From NCBI GenBank assembly GCA_050117845.1, contig JASFLY010000004.1, positions 96,001 through 160,000 of the forward strand: a stretch of 64,000 nucleotides of DNA, in the 5' to 3' direction. A program made the position numbers and the translations under genes. Source of the DNA: Candidatus Zixiibacteriota bacterium (GTDB lineage: Bacteria > RBG-13-66-14 > B26-G2 > WVWN01). Positions 1 to 10,019 of this stretch are shown piece by piece. The notes under the pieces were generated by a model. It saw only the letters and a program-made list of their open reading frames with translations. It searched no databases and was not told where the DNA came from. The stretch's first letter is position 1, and each line of letters begins with the position of its first letter.

Positions 1-2721
1 CGCGTGGCCCGGGCCGTCCGCGTCATCCGGGAGCGCTTCGGCGAGGACGTGGCCCAGGAGGCGTACGAGGCGCTGGACCTCTATCGCTACTTCGACGGCG
101 TCGAGAACCTCCTGCCCTTCCTCTACGAAGAGACGGCGGCGCTCTTCGACTACTTCCCCGAGAAACCGTTGCTCGTCGTGTACGACCCGGAGGGCGTCGC
201 GGCCGCCGGCGCCGTCACCGTGGCCGCCGGGGAGGGCGGTTTCCCCTTCCCCCGGCCGGAAGAGCTCTTCCGGTCCTGCGACGAACTGCTGGCCGCCTTC
301 GGTGCGGACGGCGGGACCGTGCTTACTATCCAGCCCGGCCCCGAAGGCCGCGGGGCCAACTTCCGTTCGCGGGACGTGGACCACGTTACGGGTCGCCTCG
401 ACGTCTTCGCCGACGAGGCCCGAAGGCTTGGCCGCCGGGGCGACGTCGTCGTCCACGTGGACCGGCCCGACCAGGGCGAGCGCTTCCGCGAGATAGCCTT
501 GGCCCATGCCGAGGACCTCGACGTCCGCTACGACGTGCGGGGGAGCCGGCGAGGCTTCGTCTGGGACGACCTCAAACTGGCCGTCTTCCCGGCGTGGCAG
601 GTCCTGGGCCGCCGGCCCTCCGTACGGCGGCGGGGCCGGCTGCCGCGCTTCGAGGTGGGCGACGAGGCTACGAAGATAAATTCGGCCTTCGACCTCAAGC
701 CCGGCGACCTCGTCGTCCACGCCGACCACGGCGTGGGGCGCTTCGAGGGGCTGGCCGCCATTCCCGTGGGCGAGCACCGCGAGGAATTCATCACGCTGAC
801 CTACGCCGACGGCGACCGCCTCTACGTCCCGGTGTACAACCTGGGCGTGGTTTATAAATACGTGGGGGGCGACCCGGCCTCCCGGCCGCTGGACCGCCTC
901 GGCGGGGCCGCCTGGCGCAAGGCCCGGGCCAAGGCGAAGAAGTCCGCCGAGAAGCTGGCCCGCCAATTGGTAGAGATATACGCGGCCCGGACGGCCCGCG
1001 CCGGCCACTCGTTCCGCGGCGACCCGAACTGGGACGAGGAGCTGGCCGAGACCTTCCCCTATCCGGAGACGCCCGACCAGCTCCGCGCCATCGACGAGGT
1101 CGCCGGCGACATGGCGGCCGAGAAGCCGATGGACAGGCTGGTCTGCGGCGACGTCGGCTTCGGCAAGACCGAGGTCGCCGTGCGGGCGGCCCTGCGCGCC
1201 GTCGCCGACGGCAAGCAGGTGGCGGTCCTCGTCCCCACCACCATCCTGGCCGACCAGCACTACGCGACCTTCCGGGAGCGCCTGGCGCCCTTCGCCGTGC
1301 GCGTCGAGATGCTCAGCCGGTTCAAGAAGGCCGCCGAGCAGAAAGAGATAGCCGCGGGCCTCGCCTCCGGCGCGGTGGACGTCGTCATCGGCACGCACCG
1401 TCTCCTGTCCCGCGACGTGTCCTTCGCCGACCTGGGCCTGCTGGTCGTCGACGAGGAACAGCACTTCGGCGTCGCCCACAAGGAGCGGATCAAGGAACTG
1501 CGGAAGCTCGTGGACGTGTTGACGCTGACGGCCACGCCCATCCCGCGGACGCTCCACATGGCCATGGCCGGCCTGCGCGACCTCTCGCTCATCGGGACCG
1601 CGCCGCTCGAGCGCCTGCCCATCCACACCGTCGTCGCCCCCTTCGACGAGGACCTGGTCATAGACGCGATAACGCGGGAGCTCGGCCGGGGGGGCCAGGT
1701 CTTCTTCGTCCACAACCGCGTGAAGACGATAGTCGGCGTGGCGGAGTACCTGGCGGGCCTGGTGCCCGAGGCGCGCTTCGGCGTCGCCCACGGCCAGCTC
1801 AAGGAGAGCGAGCTCGAGCGCATCATGCACGACTTCGCCGGCGGCCGGTTCGACGTGTTGGTGTCCTCGGCCATCATCGAGGCGGGCCTCGACTTCCCGA
1901 ACGTCAACACCATAATCGTCAACCGCGCCGACACCTTCGGCCTGAGCCAGCTCCACCAGCTCCGCGGCCGCGTGGGCCGGTCCCACGCCCGGGCCTACGC
2001 CTACCTCCTAACGCCCCCCAGCCACGCCCTGACCGACGCCGCCCGCCAGCGCCTCCAGGCCCTGCGCGACGCGACCGAACTCGGCTCCGGCTTTCGCCTG
2101 GCGATGCGCGACCTCGAGATCCGGGGGGCCGGGAACATGCTGGGGCCGGAGCAGAGCGGCGCCGTGGCGGCCGTGGGGCTGGACCTCTACACCCGCATCC
2201 TCGCCGCCGAGGTGGCCCGCCTGAAGGGGGAGGAACCGGCGGCCGAGGCCGAGGTCACGGTGCGATTGGAGCTTGACGCGCTGATACCCGCGTCGTATAT
2301 TGCGGACGAAAGGCAGCGCCTCGGCATCTATCGCCGCTTGAGCGAGGCCCGGGACGACCGGGAGGTATCGGCCTTGGCGGAGGAGTTGCGGGACCGTTTC
2401 GGCCCCGTGCCCGACGAGCTGTCGCGCCTCCTCGTCGTGCGGCGGGTGAGCCTGTGGGGCGGCCGGGCGGGCGCGGCCGCGGTCTCCGTCGGCGCCGGCG
2501 ACCTGACGCTCGAGTTCGAGCCGGGCCGTTTCGAGGCCGTGGCGGACGCGGAAGCCCCCGGCGTCGTGACGGGCGTGGACGTTCGCGTGGGGCGGCGCGG
2601 CAAGACGTACGTTACGCTCGAGCTGGCCGAGGACGTCCCGGCCGAAGAGGCGGCGTTGGACGTGTTGAAGTGTTTCGCCCGGGCCGCGGAGAGGGTAGGC
2701 GCGGCCGGGGCCCAGGGGTAA
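1..2721 (+). CDS. mfd: Transcription-repair coupling factor (5' truncated by window edge)
   Basis: RID/CarD-like VVHADHGVGRF, helicase motifs CGDVGFGKTEVA, VVDEEQHFG, TATPIPRT, QLRGRVGRS, TRG motif DLEIRGAGNMLG, C-terminal TRCF domain. Confidence 0.97.
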   Translation, partial: RVARAVRVIRERFGEDVAQEAYEALDLYRYFDGVENLLPFLYEETAALFDYFPEKPLLVVYDPEGVAAAGAVTVAAGEGGFPFPRPEELFRSCDELLAAFGADGGTVLTIQPGPEGRGANFRSRDVDHVTGRLDVFADEARRLGRRGDVVVHVDRPDQGERFREIALAHAEDLDVRYDVRGSRRGFVWDDLKLAVFPAWQVLGRRPSVRRRGRLPRFEVGDEATKINSAFDLKPGDLVVHADHGVGRFEGLAAIPVGEHREEFITLTYADGDRLYVPVYNLGVVYKYVGGDPASRPLDRLGGAAWRKARAKAKKSAEKLARQLVEIYAARTARAGHSFRGDPNWDEELAETFPYPETPDQLRAIDEVAGDMAAEKPMDRLVCGDVGFGKTEVAVRAALRAVADGKQVAVLVPTTILADQHYATFRERLAPFAVRVEMLSRFKKAAEQKEIAAGLASGAVDVVIGTHRLLSRDVSFADLGLLVVDEEQHFGVAHKERIKELRKLVDVLTLTATPIPRTLHMAMAGLRDLSLIGTAPLERLPIHTVVAPFDEDLVIDAITRELGRGGQVFFVHNRVKTIVGVAEYLAGLVPEARFGVAHGQLKESELERIMHDFAGGRFDVLVSSAIIEAGLDFPNVNTIIVNRADTFGLSQLHQLRGRVGRSHARAYAYLLTPPSHALTDAARQRLQALRDATELGSGFRLAMRDLEIRGAGNMLGPEQSGAVAAVGLDLYTRILAAEVARLKGEEPAAEAEVTVRLELDALIPASYIADERQRLGIYRRLSEARDDREVSALAEELRDRFGPVPDELSRLLVVRRVSLWGGRAGAAAVSVGAGDLTLEFEPGRFEAVADAEAPGVVTGVDVRVGRRGKTYVTLELAEDVPAEEAALDVLKCFARAAERVGAAGAQG

Positions 2722-2729
2722 CCTGTGAA

Positions 2730-3476
2730 ATGACGATCAAGTGCAATAACTGCGGGGCGGATAACGCGGACGACGCCGAACGGTGCAGCGCGTGTGACGA
2801 AGCGTTGGGCCAGGGCGACGTTCCCGACGGCGTCCAGATAGAGGTCTACGACATAGGCCAACCCGCCGAGCGCAAGCCGACGTACTTCGAGGAGACGCTG
2901 GCGGCCACGCGGGAGAGCACCCGCGGGAAGGAAGCGCCGGCCGGTCGAACCGCCGGCTCGCCGGGCCGGGCCGCCGGTTCGTCGGGCCTGGAGGAGGAGC
3001 TCCGGCCCGGCTACGAGATACGGCAGCGGCGCGTCAGCCACCGCCTGCGCCGGCCCCGTAACGTTATACTCATCACCGTGGCGGGCGTCGCGCTCGCCGT
3101 CGCCGTCATATACGGCGTGCGCTGGGGCGTAGGTCGCCTGCCCAAGTACGAGTACGCCGAACCCGCCCACGTCGCGTCCACCAACGTGGCGCTGGAACTC
3201 GCGGGCGAACTCGAGTCGGATAAGGTTGATAACCTCGTCGCCCGGGGGGAGCCGTACGCCGCCCTCACCGTGCGGGGGGACGGCGGCCGCGTCTTCGTGG
3301 ACGGGAACTACGTCGCGGACGTACCGGCTTCGAACGTGGCCGTGCCCACGGGGCGGCACCACGTCGTCGTGAAGCGCGGACACGAAATAGCGCTCGACGA
3401 GACGCTGGACTTCCGCGCCCGCGAACGCTACGCGCTCGAGCCCACGGGCGCCGCCGCGCTCGCCGGCCCGCGTTAA
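2730..3476 (+). CDS. Zinc-ribbon + single TM + PEGA-like domain membrane protein
   Basis: ATG 2730 just after mfd stop; CNNC..CSAC ribbon, hydrophobic segment VILITVAGVALAVAVIYGV, C-terminal GRVFVDGNYV..VPTGRHHVVVKRG. Confidence 0.7.
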   Translation: MTIKCNNCGADNADDAERCSACDEALGQGDVPDGVQIEVYDIGQPAERKPTYFEETLAATRESTRGKEAPAGRTAGSPGRAAGSSGLEEELRPGYEIRQRRVSHRLRRPRNVILITVAGVALAVAVIYGVRWGVGRLPKYEYAEPAHVASTNVALELAGELESDKVDNLVARGEPYAALTVRGDGGRVFVDGNYVADVPASNVAVPTGRHHVVVKRGHEIALDETLDFRARERYALEPTGAAALAGPR

Positions 3477-3482
3477 CCTAGT

Positions 3483-6047
3483 TTATTCGGGGGACGCCGG
3501 CTCTTCGGGCCTGCGGCGCAGGCCCCGGGGGGCCCTGATGACGGAGGCGAGGGATTCGACCCGCTTGCGCCGCAACTGCAGGCCGTAGAAGTTGCGGGTT
3601 TTGAAGTAGTAGTCGTCGTTGCGGCGGAAGAATTTATAGTTGGCCGCCAGGCAATCGACGTACGAGATGACCTCCCGGTCGAGTTTCATCAACGCCGCTT
3701 CCGGCCAGCTTATCCCCTCTTTCTTTTTATGCCAGAAGGGCCCCAGCCAGCGGATTAGCTTCTCCACGCGCTCGGTGCCCGCCGCTCCCTTTTTCTGAAT
3801 GGGGAAACGTTTCCGACCCCGGGAATACTCGTAGAGGTCCTCGCGGAAGCGCGCCAGAAACGGCGTCATGTCCCCCTCGCAATCGTTCAGGAAGTAATCG
3901 ACGCCCTCGTTGGTCGCAGCCGTCGTCGGGTCGTCGTAGATCTCCGTTATCATGACCTTCACGGACCCGGGGCCCGCGTTGTACATCGCGCTCGCCAGCT
4001 TGACGCGGTTGACGCGACCCTTCTCCGTCCCCCACGACAGGCAGCCGTCGCCCGACGTCGCCCGGGCGAAGTCCTTGCCGTACGACCGGGAGTTGGCCTG
4101 GTCGATCATCTCCCGCAGGAATTGCGCGCCTATTTCTATGTTGAATCGGGCCACGTTCCGCACCGCGTAGCGGGAGTTGTAGGGCAGGCGGTTCATGCGG
4201 GTCGCCACCAGGCCGCCTTCCGTCGGGAACGTTATCTTGTAGTTCGTCCCGTGGATGAGGTCCGCCGTGCACTGCATGTATCCGGTGGCGGAGCCGCGGC
4301 CGCGGCCCACCCGGTAGCAGGGGCCGTCGGCCAGCGCGTGCGCGAAGCCGCACTCCTGGTACGAGATAGCCATCATGAACGCCACGAAGTCGGCGTCCGA
4401 GGGGTCGTACTTCTTGCCGGGCACCGGGTCCCCGGACGTCGGCGGCGGGCTGTAGCGGCGCTTCTCGGCGTTGACGCGGCGGCCCACTTCCCAGAACGTG
4501 TGGTAGAGACTGTGGTAGGGGTCGCTCTCGTTGTAGGCCTGGAAGTTGTCGAACTCGCGGAGCGGCAGCTCCACCGGCACGCCTTCGATTTTGAACTTGA
4601 GGTAGAGGGCGTGCTCGATGAGGGCGGGCCCGATTATCCGGCCCAGGTCCTCTTCGGTCGCGGCGTAACCGCGGCCGGGCGGCAGGTTGTCCACGCCGTC
4701 GAGGATGCGTTCCTCCGCCGTCGTGTCGTACGGGAAGCGCCGCCGGAACTCCGCCACGCAGGCCACCATGTCGTCGTCGTAAACCCCCCAGATGTTCCGC
4801 CGCGGCGTGTACTCGTACGACGTGTCGCATTCCCCCAGCGTGGCCAGTGCGAGGTTGAGGGTCCGCTTGACGTAATAGACCGCGCCGGAGGCGACGGCCT
4901 CGCCGCTCTCGCCCGGCGGCGAGTAGTAGAGGAAGCCCGGCCGTTCGTACGTCTCGCCCTCGACGTAAATGTTCTCGACGCCCTTTATCGGCCCCAGTAT
5001 CGGTTGGGGGGTGCCCAGGCTGTAGTAGGGGAACGCGTTCTCGCCCTCCTCGTCCTTCGCGATTATGGGTTGAGGATTGAACCGCGGGTCGGACGAGGCC
5101 GGCAGAACGGCGACCGTCAGGTGGCCGGCCGACACGTCCGGCGGGAAGGCGTAGTACACGTCCTTGCCGGAGCGCACCGAGAGGCGCGCGTCGTAGAGGC
5201 CCGGCGGCAGCGGCTTGAAAGCCCCGGGTCCGACGTTGGCCACGTTGAGCCAGGTGAATTTGTTGACGGGGTCCTTGCCCAGTCGCATGGGGTACCCCTG
5301 GGCCGGGTCGACGTATCCGTCGCTCGCGGCCTCGAACACCTTCTCGCCCTTCCCGTCGTCCGTGTGCCGGAATACCTCCAACCGGACGACGTCCCCCGGC
5401 CGCGGCGGCGGGTCCAGCGTATAGCGGAAGACCGTGGACAGGCAGAGGCAGGCCGGGTCGTCGTCGACGAGGAAGCGGAAGTCCGCCTCCTCCAGCGTGA
5501 CCTCCAGGAAACCCTCGTTGTCGAAGTAGCCGCCCTCGGGGCCGCCGGCGATGAGGCGGTCCGATACGCGCAGGCGCACCGCCTTCCCGCGGCCCGCCAC
5601 GTAGTAGGTATAACGGTGGTTGGCCTCGTCTTTGACGTCCGCGGTCGCGAGGCGGTCGTCTATGACGATGGACGAGCGGGGCGTGTCGAAGGGGTCGCTC
5701 TCGGTGACGTATTCGGCGTCGTAGCGCCGGCCGTCGCCGGCGCCGACGTAGGTGCCGCTTACGGTGAGTTTGTAGAGTTTGCCGTCGAGGAGGGTGTGGG
5801 GAACCGTGACCTCGGAGCCGTCGGTGGGAAGGAGGACGACGCCGGCGTCGCCCTTGTCGAAAGGAGTGAGAACTAGGACGACGGACGCGACCGCCGCCGC
5901 GGCCCCCTTGAGTTTGGTCCGGCGAGGCCGCGTCCACAGGTAACGGGCCAAGGCCGCGACGCGCCGGCCGCACCAGCGGGTGACCGCCCACGAGAGGCGC
6001 CATACCGCCCGCGCCGCCCGGCCCAGGACTGCCAGCGTCCGTTTCAC
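3483..6047 (-). CDS. Large multidomain lytic transglycosylase (SLT-like) with N-terminal anchor and Ig-like domains
   Basis: GTG at 6047 overlaps upstream TGA (GTGA); SLT-like motifs AISYQECGF, GYMQ, NIEIGAQFL, AMYNAGPG. The ORF-track extension to 6743 overlaps another gene. Confidence 0.65.
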   Translation of the reverse strand: MKRTLAVLGRAARAVWRLSWAVTRWCGRRVAALARYLWTRPRRTKLKGAAAAVASVVLVLTPFDKGDAGVVLLPTDGSEVTVPHTLLDGKLYKLTVSGTYVGAGDGRRYDAEYVTESDPFDTPRSSIVIDDRLATADVKDEANHRYTYYVAGRGKAVRLRVSDRLIAGGPEGGYFDNEGFLEVTLEEADFRFLVDDDPACLCLSTVFRYTLDPPPRPGDVVRLEVFRHTDDGKGEKVFEAASDGYVDPAQGYPMRLGKDPVNKFTWLNVANVGPGAFKPLPPGLYDARLSVRSGKDVYYAFPPDVSAGHLTVAVLPASSDPRFNPQPIIAKDEEGENAFPYYSLGTPQPILGPIKGVENIYVEGETYERPGFLYYSPPGESGEAVASGAVYYVKRTLNLALATLGECDTSYEYTPRRNIWGVYDDDMVACVAEFRRRFPYDTTAEERILDGVDNLPPGRGYAATEEDLGRIIGPALIEHALYLKFKIEGVPVELPLREFDNFQAYNESDPYHSLYHTFWEVGRRVNAEKRRYSPPPTSGDPVPGKKYDPSDADFVAFMMAISYQECGFAHALADGPCYRVGRGRGSATGYMQCTADLIHGTNYKITFPTEGGLVATRMNRLPYNSRYAVRNVARFNIEIGAQFLREMIDQANSRSYGKDFARATSGDGCLSWGTEKGRVNRVKLASAMYNAGPGSVKVMITEIYDDPTTAATNEGVDYFLNDCEGDMTPFLARFREDLYEYSRGRKRFPIQKKGAAGTERVEKLIRWLGPFWHKKKEGISWPEAALMKLDREVISYVDCLAANYKFFRRNDDYYFKTRNFYGLQLRRKRVESLASVIRAPRGLRRRPEEPASPE

Positions 6048-6910
6048 CACACGAACCGTACGAAGGTGGTCAGTATGGCCCAAGCGCCCGCGAGCGCCAG
6101 GCCGGTTCCCAGGACCGCGTAGCACGCCCGCAGGGCGAAACGCAGGCGCTTCCCGCCGACGTCGACGCCCGGGAAGTCGAAGACCACGGCGGGCCAGGCC
6201 TGCCGGAAGAGGAATACGAGGCCCATCCCCAGGCCGAAGTCGACCGCCACCGCGGCGCTGAGTACCGTGGGCCAGGGGTGGCCGTGGAGCCGAAAGGCGA
6301 TGCCCGCCGCGCACAACAGCGCGACGACGCTCGAGGTCATAAGGCCGGTGGGCCACGACCGCAGCCACGCGCCCTTCCCGGCCGCCCGCCGCAGCGCGTC
6401 GCTCAGGGAGTTGAACAGCGTCTCGAGCGGCCCGTATTCCGAGCCCGCCGCCCAGATGTACGAGCGGTCCGCGGTAGGGGAGTTTCGCAGCTGCACCAGC
6501 ACGCTGGTGGAGTCCGACACGAAGGACACCTTGAGCGCCCGCGGCCTCATTTCGCGCTGGCGGGAAAGCCACCGCAGGAAGTGCTTTACGCCGCGGTAGC
6601 GGCTGTGCTTCTCGGCTCCGCCGGAGATGAATTCGAGTTCGAAATTGGGGCGCAATTTGCGCAAAGCTTTCTCGTAATGCATCAGCGTGAGGTTGGCGAG
6701 GTCGGAGGTGGAAAGGCCGTCCTCGCTCCGGGCCGCGTACCATTCCCGGGTCGCCCGGTCGGCCTCGTGGCGGGCGTAGTCGTACAGAATGCCGTCGATT
6801 TCCCGGAGCAGATCCGGGTGAACCCGCGCGACCTTCAGTTTGCGAAAAACTTCGAAACGGCCGGCGCTATCGACGCGTCGCGTCAGACTGTGGACGTTGA
6901 CACTCGGCAT
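6044..6910 (-). CDS. Hypothetical membrane protein (three C-terminal hydrophobic segments)
   Basis: 288-aa ORF with ATG start, translationally coupled to the downstream gene. Confidence 0.65.
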   Translation of the reverse strand: MPSVNVHSLTRRVDSAGRFEVFRKLKVARVHPDLLREIDGILYDYARHEADRATREWYAARSEDGLSTSDLANLTLMHYEKALRKLRPNFELEFISGGAEKHSRYRGVKHFLRWLSRQREMRPRALKVSFVSDSTSVLVQLRNSPTADRSYIWAAGSEYGPLETLFNSLSDALRRAAGKGAWLRSWPTGLMTSSVVALLCAAGIAFRLHGHPWPTVLSAAVAVDFGLGMGLVFLFRQAWPAVVFDFPGVDVGGKRLRFALRACYAVLGTGLALAGAWAILTTFVRFVW

Positions 6911-6948
6911 GGTTTCGTCCCCGCCATCGCCCCTCCATTATACAAAAT

Positions 6949-6973
6949 AAAGGCGGGTCGTCAACCCGCCTTT
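6949..6973. terminator. Intrinsic terminator hairpin downstream of ahcY
   Basis: AAAGGCGGGT-cgtca-ACCCGCCTTT inverted repeat with A/T flanks. Confidence 0.7.
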
Positions 6974-6996
6974 GAGAGTTCGAGAGTATTGGTCGC

Positions 6997-8253
6997 CTAG
7001 GTCCCGATGTGCCACGAGGCCAGGTATTCGGCCTGCTCCTCCGTGAGGACGTCGATATTGACGCCCATCGCCCGGAGCTTGAGGGCCGCGACCTCGTCGT
7101 CGATGTCCTGAGGGACGGCGTAAACGTTCTTCTCCAGAGAGTCGGCCTTCCGGCTCAGGTACGCGGCGCCCAGGGCCTGGTTGGCGAAGGACATGTCCAT
7201 GACCGTCGCCGGGTGCCCCTCCGCCGCCGCCAGGTTCACGAGGCGCCCTTCCGCCAGCACGAAGATGCAGCGGTCGTCGGGCAGCACGAACTCCACGACG
7301 TTGGGCCGGACGGTCCGGGTCGACTTGGCCATCTTCGTGAGCGATTCCAGGTCTATCTCGACGTTGAAGTGGCCGGAGTTGGCGACGATGGCGCCGTCCT
7401 TCATGAGCTCGAAGTGCTCGGCCCGCAGGACGTGAATGTCGCCCGTGAGGGTGCAGAAGAGGTCGCCCATGGGCGCGGCCTGCTCCATCGCCATGACGCG
7501 GTGGCCGTCCATCTGGGCCTCGAGGGCGCGCACGGGGTCGACTTCCGTAACGATGACGTGGGCCCCCATGCCGCGGGCCCGCATCGCGAAGCCCCGGCCG
7601 CACCATCCGTAGCCCGCCACGACCACGGTGGAACCCGCGAACAGCATGTTGGTGGCGCGGAGGATGCCGTCCACGGTGGACTGGCCGGTGCCGTAGCGGT
7701 TGTCGAAGAGGTGCTTGGTGCGGGCGTCGTTGACCGCGATGATGGGGTAGGCCAGGTCGCCCTTCTGGGCCATCGCCCGGAGGCGGATGACGCCGGTGGT
7801 CGTCTCCTCGGTGCCGCCGCGGATGTGCTCCAAGAGCTCCCGCCGGTCGGTGTGGACGGTGGACACGAGGTCGGCGCCGTCGTCCATCGTTATCGTCGGC
7901 TTGACGTCGAGGGCCTGGTTGATGTGCTGGTAGTAGAGGTCCCGGTCGGCGCCGTAGACGGCGAAGACGGAAATGCCGAAGTCCTCGGCCAGCGAGGCCG
8001 CGACGTCGTCCGAGGTCGAGAGGGGGTTCGAGGCGCAAAGCGTAACCTCGGCCCCGCCCGCCTTGAGCGTCCGGGCCAGGTTCGCCGTCTCCGTGGTGAC
8101 GTGGAGGCAGGCGCTCAGGCGCTGGCCCTGGAGCGGCTTGTCGCGTTCGAAGCGTTCGCGGATGAGCGTGAGAACCGGCATGTGCCGGTCGGCCCATTCG
8201 ATTTTATTCTTCCCTTGCGGGGCGAGTTTGCGGTCTTTAACGTCGCTGGGCAT
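6997..8253 (-). CDS. ahcY: Adenosylhomocysteinase
   Basis: [68 protein letters not shown]. Confidence 0.97.
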   Translation of the reverse strand: MPSDVKDRKLAPQGKNKIEWADRHMPVLTLIRERFERDKPLQGQRLSACLHVTTETANLARTLKAGGAEVTLCASNPLSTSDDVAASLAEDFGISVFAVYGADRDLYYQHINQALDVKPTITMDDGADLVSTVHTDRRELLEHIRGGTEETTTGVIRLRAMAQKGDLAYPIIAVNDARTKHLFDNRYGTGQSTVDGILRATNMLFAGSTVVVAGYGWCGRGFAMRARGMGAHVIVTEVDPVRALEAQMDGHRVMAMEQAAPMGDLFCTLTGDIHVLRAEHFELMKDGAIVANSGHFNVEIDLESLTKMAKSTRTVRPNVVEFVLPDDRCIFVLAEGRLVNLAAAEGHPATVMDMSFANQALGAAYLSRKADSLEKNVYAVPQDIDDEVAALKLRAMGVNIDVLTEEQAEYLASWHIGT

Positions 8254-8268
8254 CTTGGCTCCTCGCGT

Positions 8269-9429
8269 TTAGAGTCCGGCGGCGGCGCGAAGTTCGTCGG
8301 CGCGGTGGGTTTTTTCCCAGGTGAAACCGTCTTCGTCGCGGCCGAAGTGGCCGTAGGCCGCGGTCTGCTTGTATATCGGCCGCCGCAGCTCGAGGTAATC
8401 TATAACGGCCGCGGGGCGCAGGTCGAAGAGGTCCCGCACGATATTGGCGGTTTTCTCGTCGTCTATTTTACCGGTGCCGAAGGTCTCTACGGCCACGGAT
8501 ACGGGCTCGGCCACGCCGATGGCGTAGGCGACCTCGAGTTCGCAGCGCGTCGCGATGCCGGAGGCCACGACGTTCTTGGCGACGTGGCGCATCATGTAAG
8601 CGCTGGAGCGGTCGACCTTGGAGGGGTCCTTGCCCGAGAAGCAACCGCCGCCGTGCCGCCCCATGCCGCCGTAGGTGTCGACGATTATCTTGCGGCCGGT
8701 GAGGCCGGCGTCGGCCTGGGGGCCGCCCAGGACGAAACGGCCGGTCGGGTTTACGAAGTATTTGGTGTTGTCGTCGAGCATCTCGGCCGGGATGATGGGC
8801 CGGACGACGTGCTCGAGTATGGATTCCCGAATTTCTTCGGAGGATACCTCGGGGTGGTGCTGGCACGCGATGACCACGGCGTCCACGCGCACGGGTTTGT
8901 CGTCCACGTATTCCGCCGTAACCTGCGACTTGCCGTCGGGCCGGAGCCAGGGCAGCGTGCCGTCGTGCCGGACGGCCGCCAACCGCCGCACGAGCTTGTG
9001 GGCGTACATGATGGGGAAGGGCATCAGCTCGGGCGTCTGGTCCACGGCGAAGCCGAACATCATGCCCTGGTCGCCGGCGCCCTGTTCCCGGGCGTCGGTG
9101 GGGAGGACGCCGACGGCGATGTCGGGGGATTGCTCGTCGATGGAGGTAAGGACCGCGCAGGTGTTGGAGTCGAAGCCGTATTCGGCGTCGGTGTATCCTA
9201 TTTCCTTTATGGTCTGGCGGACCGTCTTGGGGATGTCGACGTAACATTCGGTCGTAATTTCGCCGCATACCAGCGCCAGGCCGGTGTTGACGGTGGTCTC
9301 GCAGGCGACGCGGCCGAATTTATCCTGTGCGAAGATGTGGTCGAGTATAGCGTCGGAGATCTGGTCGGCGACTTTATCCGGGTGCCCTTCCGTGACGCTT
9401 TCGGAAGTGAATAGGTATCGTTGGGCCAT
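8269..9429 (-). CDS. metK: S-adenosylmethionine synthetase
   Basis: [52 protein letters not shown] 9429 with AGGAGG RBS. Confidence 0.98.
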   Translation of the reverse strand: MAQRYLFTSESVTEGHPDKVADQISDAILDHIFAQDKFGRVACETTVNTGLALVCGEITTECYVDIPKTVRQTIKEIGYTDAEYGFDSNTCAVLTSIDEQSPDIAVGVLPTDAREQGAGDQGMMFGFAVDQTPELMPFPIMYAHKLVRRLAAVRHDGTLPWLRPDGKSQVTAEYVDDKPVRVDAVVIACQHHPEVSSEEIRESILEHVVRPIIPAEMLDDNTKYFVNPTGRFVLGGPQADAGLTGRKIIVDTYGGMGRHGGGCFSGKDPSKVDRSSAYMMRHVAKNVVASGIATRCELEVAYAIGVAEPVSVAVETFGTGKIDDEKTANIVRDLFDLRPAAVIDYLELRRPIYKQTAAYGHFGRDEDGFTWEKTHRADELRAAAGL

Positions 9430-9599
9430 GGTACCTCCTGTGCGCAACTATTTAGAGGCCCGGCCGGCCCGGGCCGCCATAATGAACGGGGGAATAGAAG
9501 GAATTGACGTAAAAACTAACATATTTCCCAAAGTAAATCAAATTCAAAATTAACAAGGGAGGAAATGCCGGTTTTTTTCCCTTAAAGCGCAAGGGCGTA

Positions 9600-9780
9600 G
9601 GCCGCCGTTTCCGATTACTCATGTGCCGTTAGGTGTCGCGGTGGGGCAGGCATTCTTGCCTGACCGGCGGTACTTACGGCCGACACGAATGCCGGCCCCA
9701 CCGTGGTAACACCCGACGCCACTTCGAATCACGCGTACGGTTCTATATTCGGAACGACGGCCCCGGAGGCCGCCGTTTCG
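9600..9780. ncRNA. Candidate structured RNA, 6S-RNA-like rod
   Basis: Closing stem 9600-9614/9749-9762, asymmetric central bubble, long terminal stem 9623-9722; folded by eye only, no clear promoter. Confidence 0.4.
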
Positions 9781-9912
9781 TAGTCGATTAATCGGGCCGG
9801 CGCCTCCCGTAGCGTTTTTTGCCCCCTTCGGAACCATTTTAAGAGGTTTAGATTTCCGGCGGAAAATGTTAAAATGTATCAAAACGGTCCGGTCAGCCGA
9901 CCGGCATACGGC

Positions 9913-9995
9913 GCGAGAGTGGCGGAACTGGCAGACGCGCTGGATTTAGGATCCAGTGGCCTCCGGCTGTGCGGGTTCGAATCCCGCCTCTCGCA
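9913..9995 (+). tRNA. tRNA-Leu (TAG)
   Basis: GCGAGAG/CTCTCGC acceptor stem, CTGGA-TTTAGGA-TCCAG anticodon arm, long variable arm, GGTTCGAATCCC T-arm; CCA not encoded; sits upstream of tig. Confidence 0.97.
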
Positions 9996-10019
9996 GATTT
10001 TTAATTTAAAGGTAGTCAT

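Noticed and set aside
6048..6743. N-terminal 232 aa of the 1086-aa ORF
   Set aside because: Overlaps the 6044-6910 gene in another frame with low-complexity Arg-rich translation; the GTGA-coupled start at 6047 is more plausible.
3727..9414. Long alternative-frame and antisense ORFs (e.g. 3727-6003, 4122-5876, 7009-9414; similarly 55164-56900)
   Set aside because: Shadow ORFs typical of high-GC DNA; Arg/Pro/Gly-rich or antisense to well-supported genes.
9430..9900. SAM-I or SAH riboswitch upstream of metK-ahcY
   Set aside because: Consensus elements (AUC-AAGAG, GCAACC, GUGC) were not found in the right order on the minus strand; a likely metK promoter lies near 9515-9543, downstream of the structured element.
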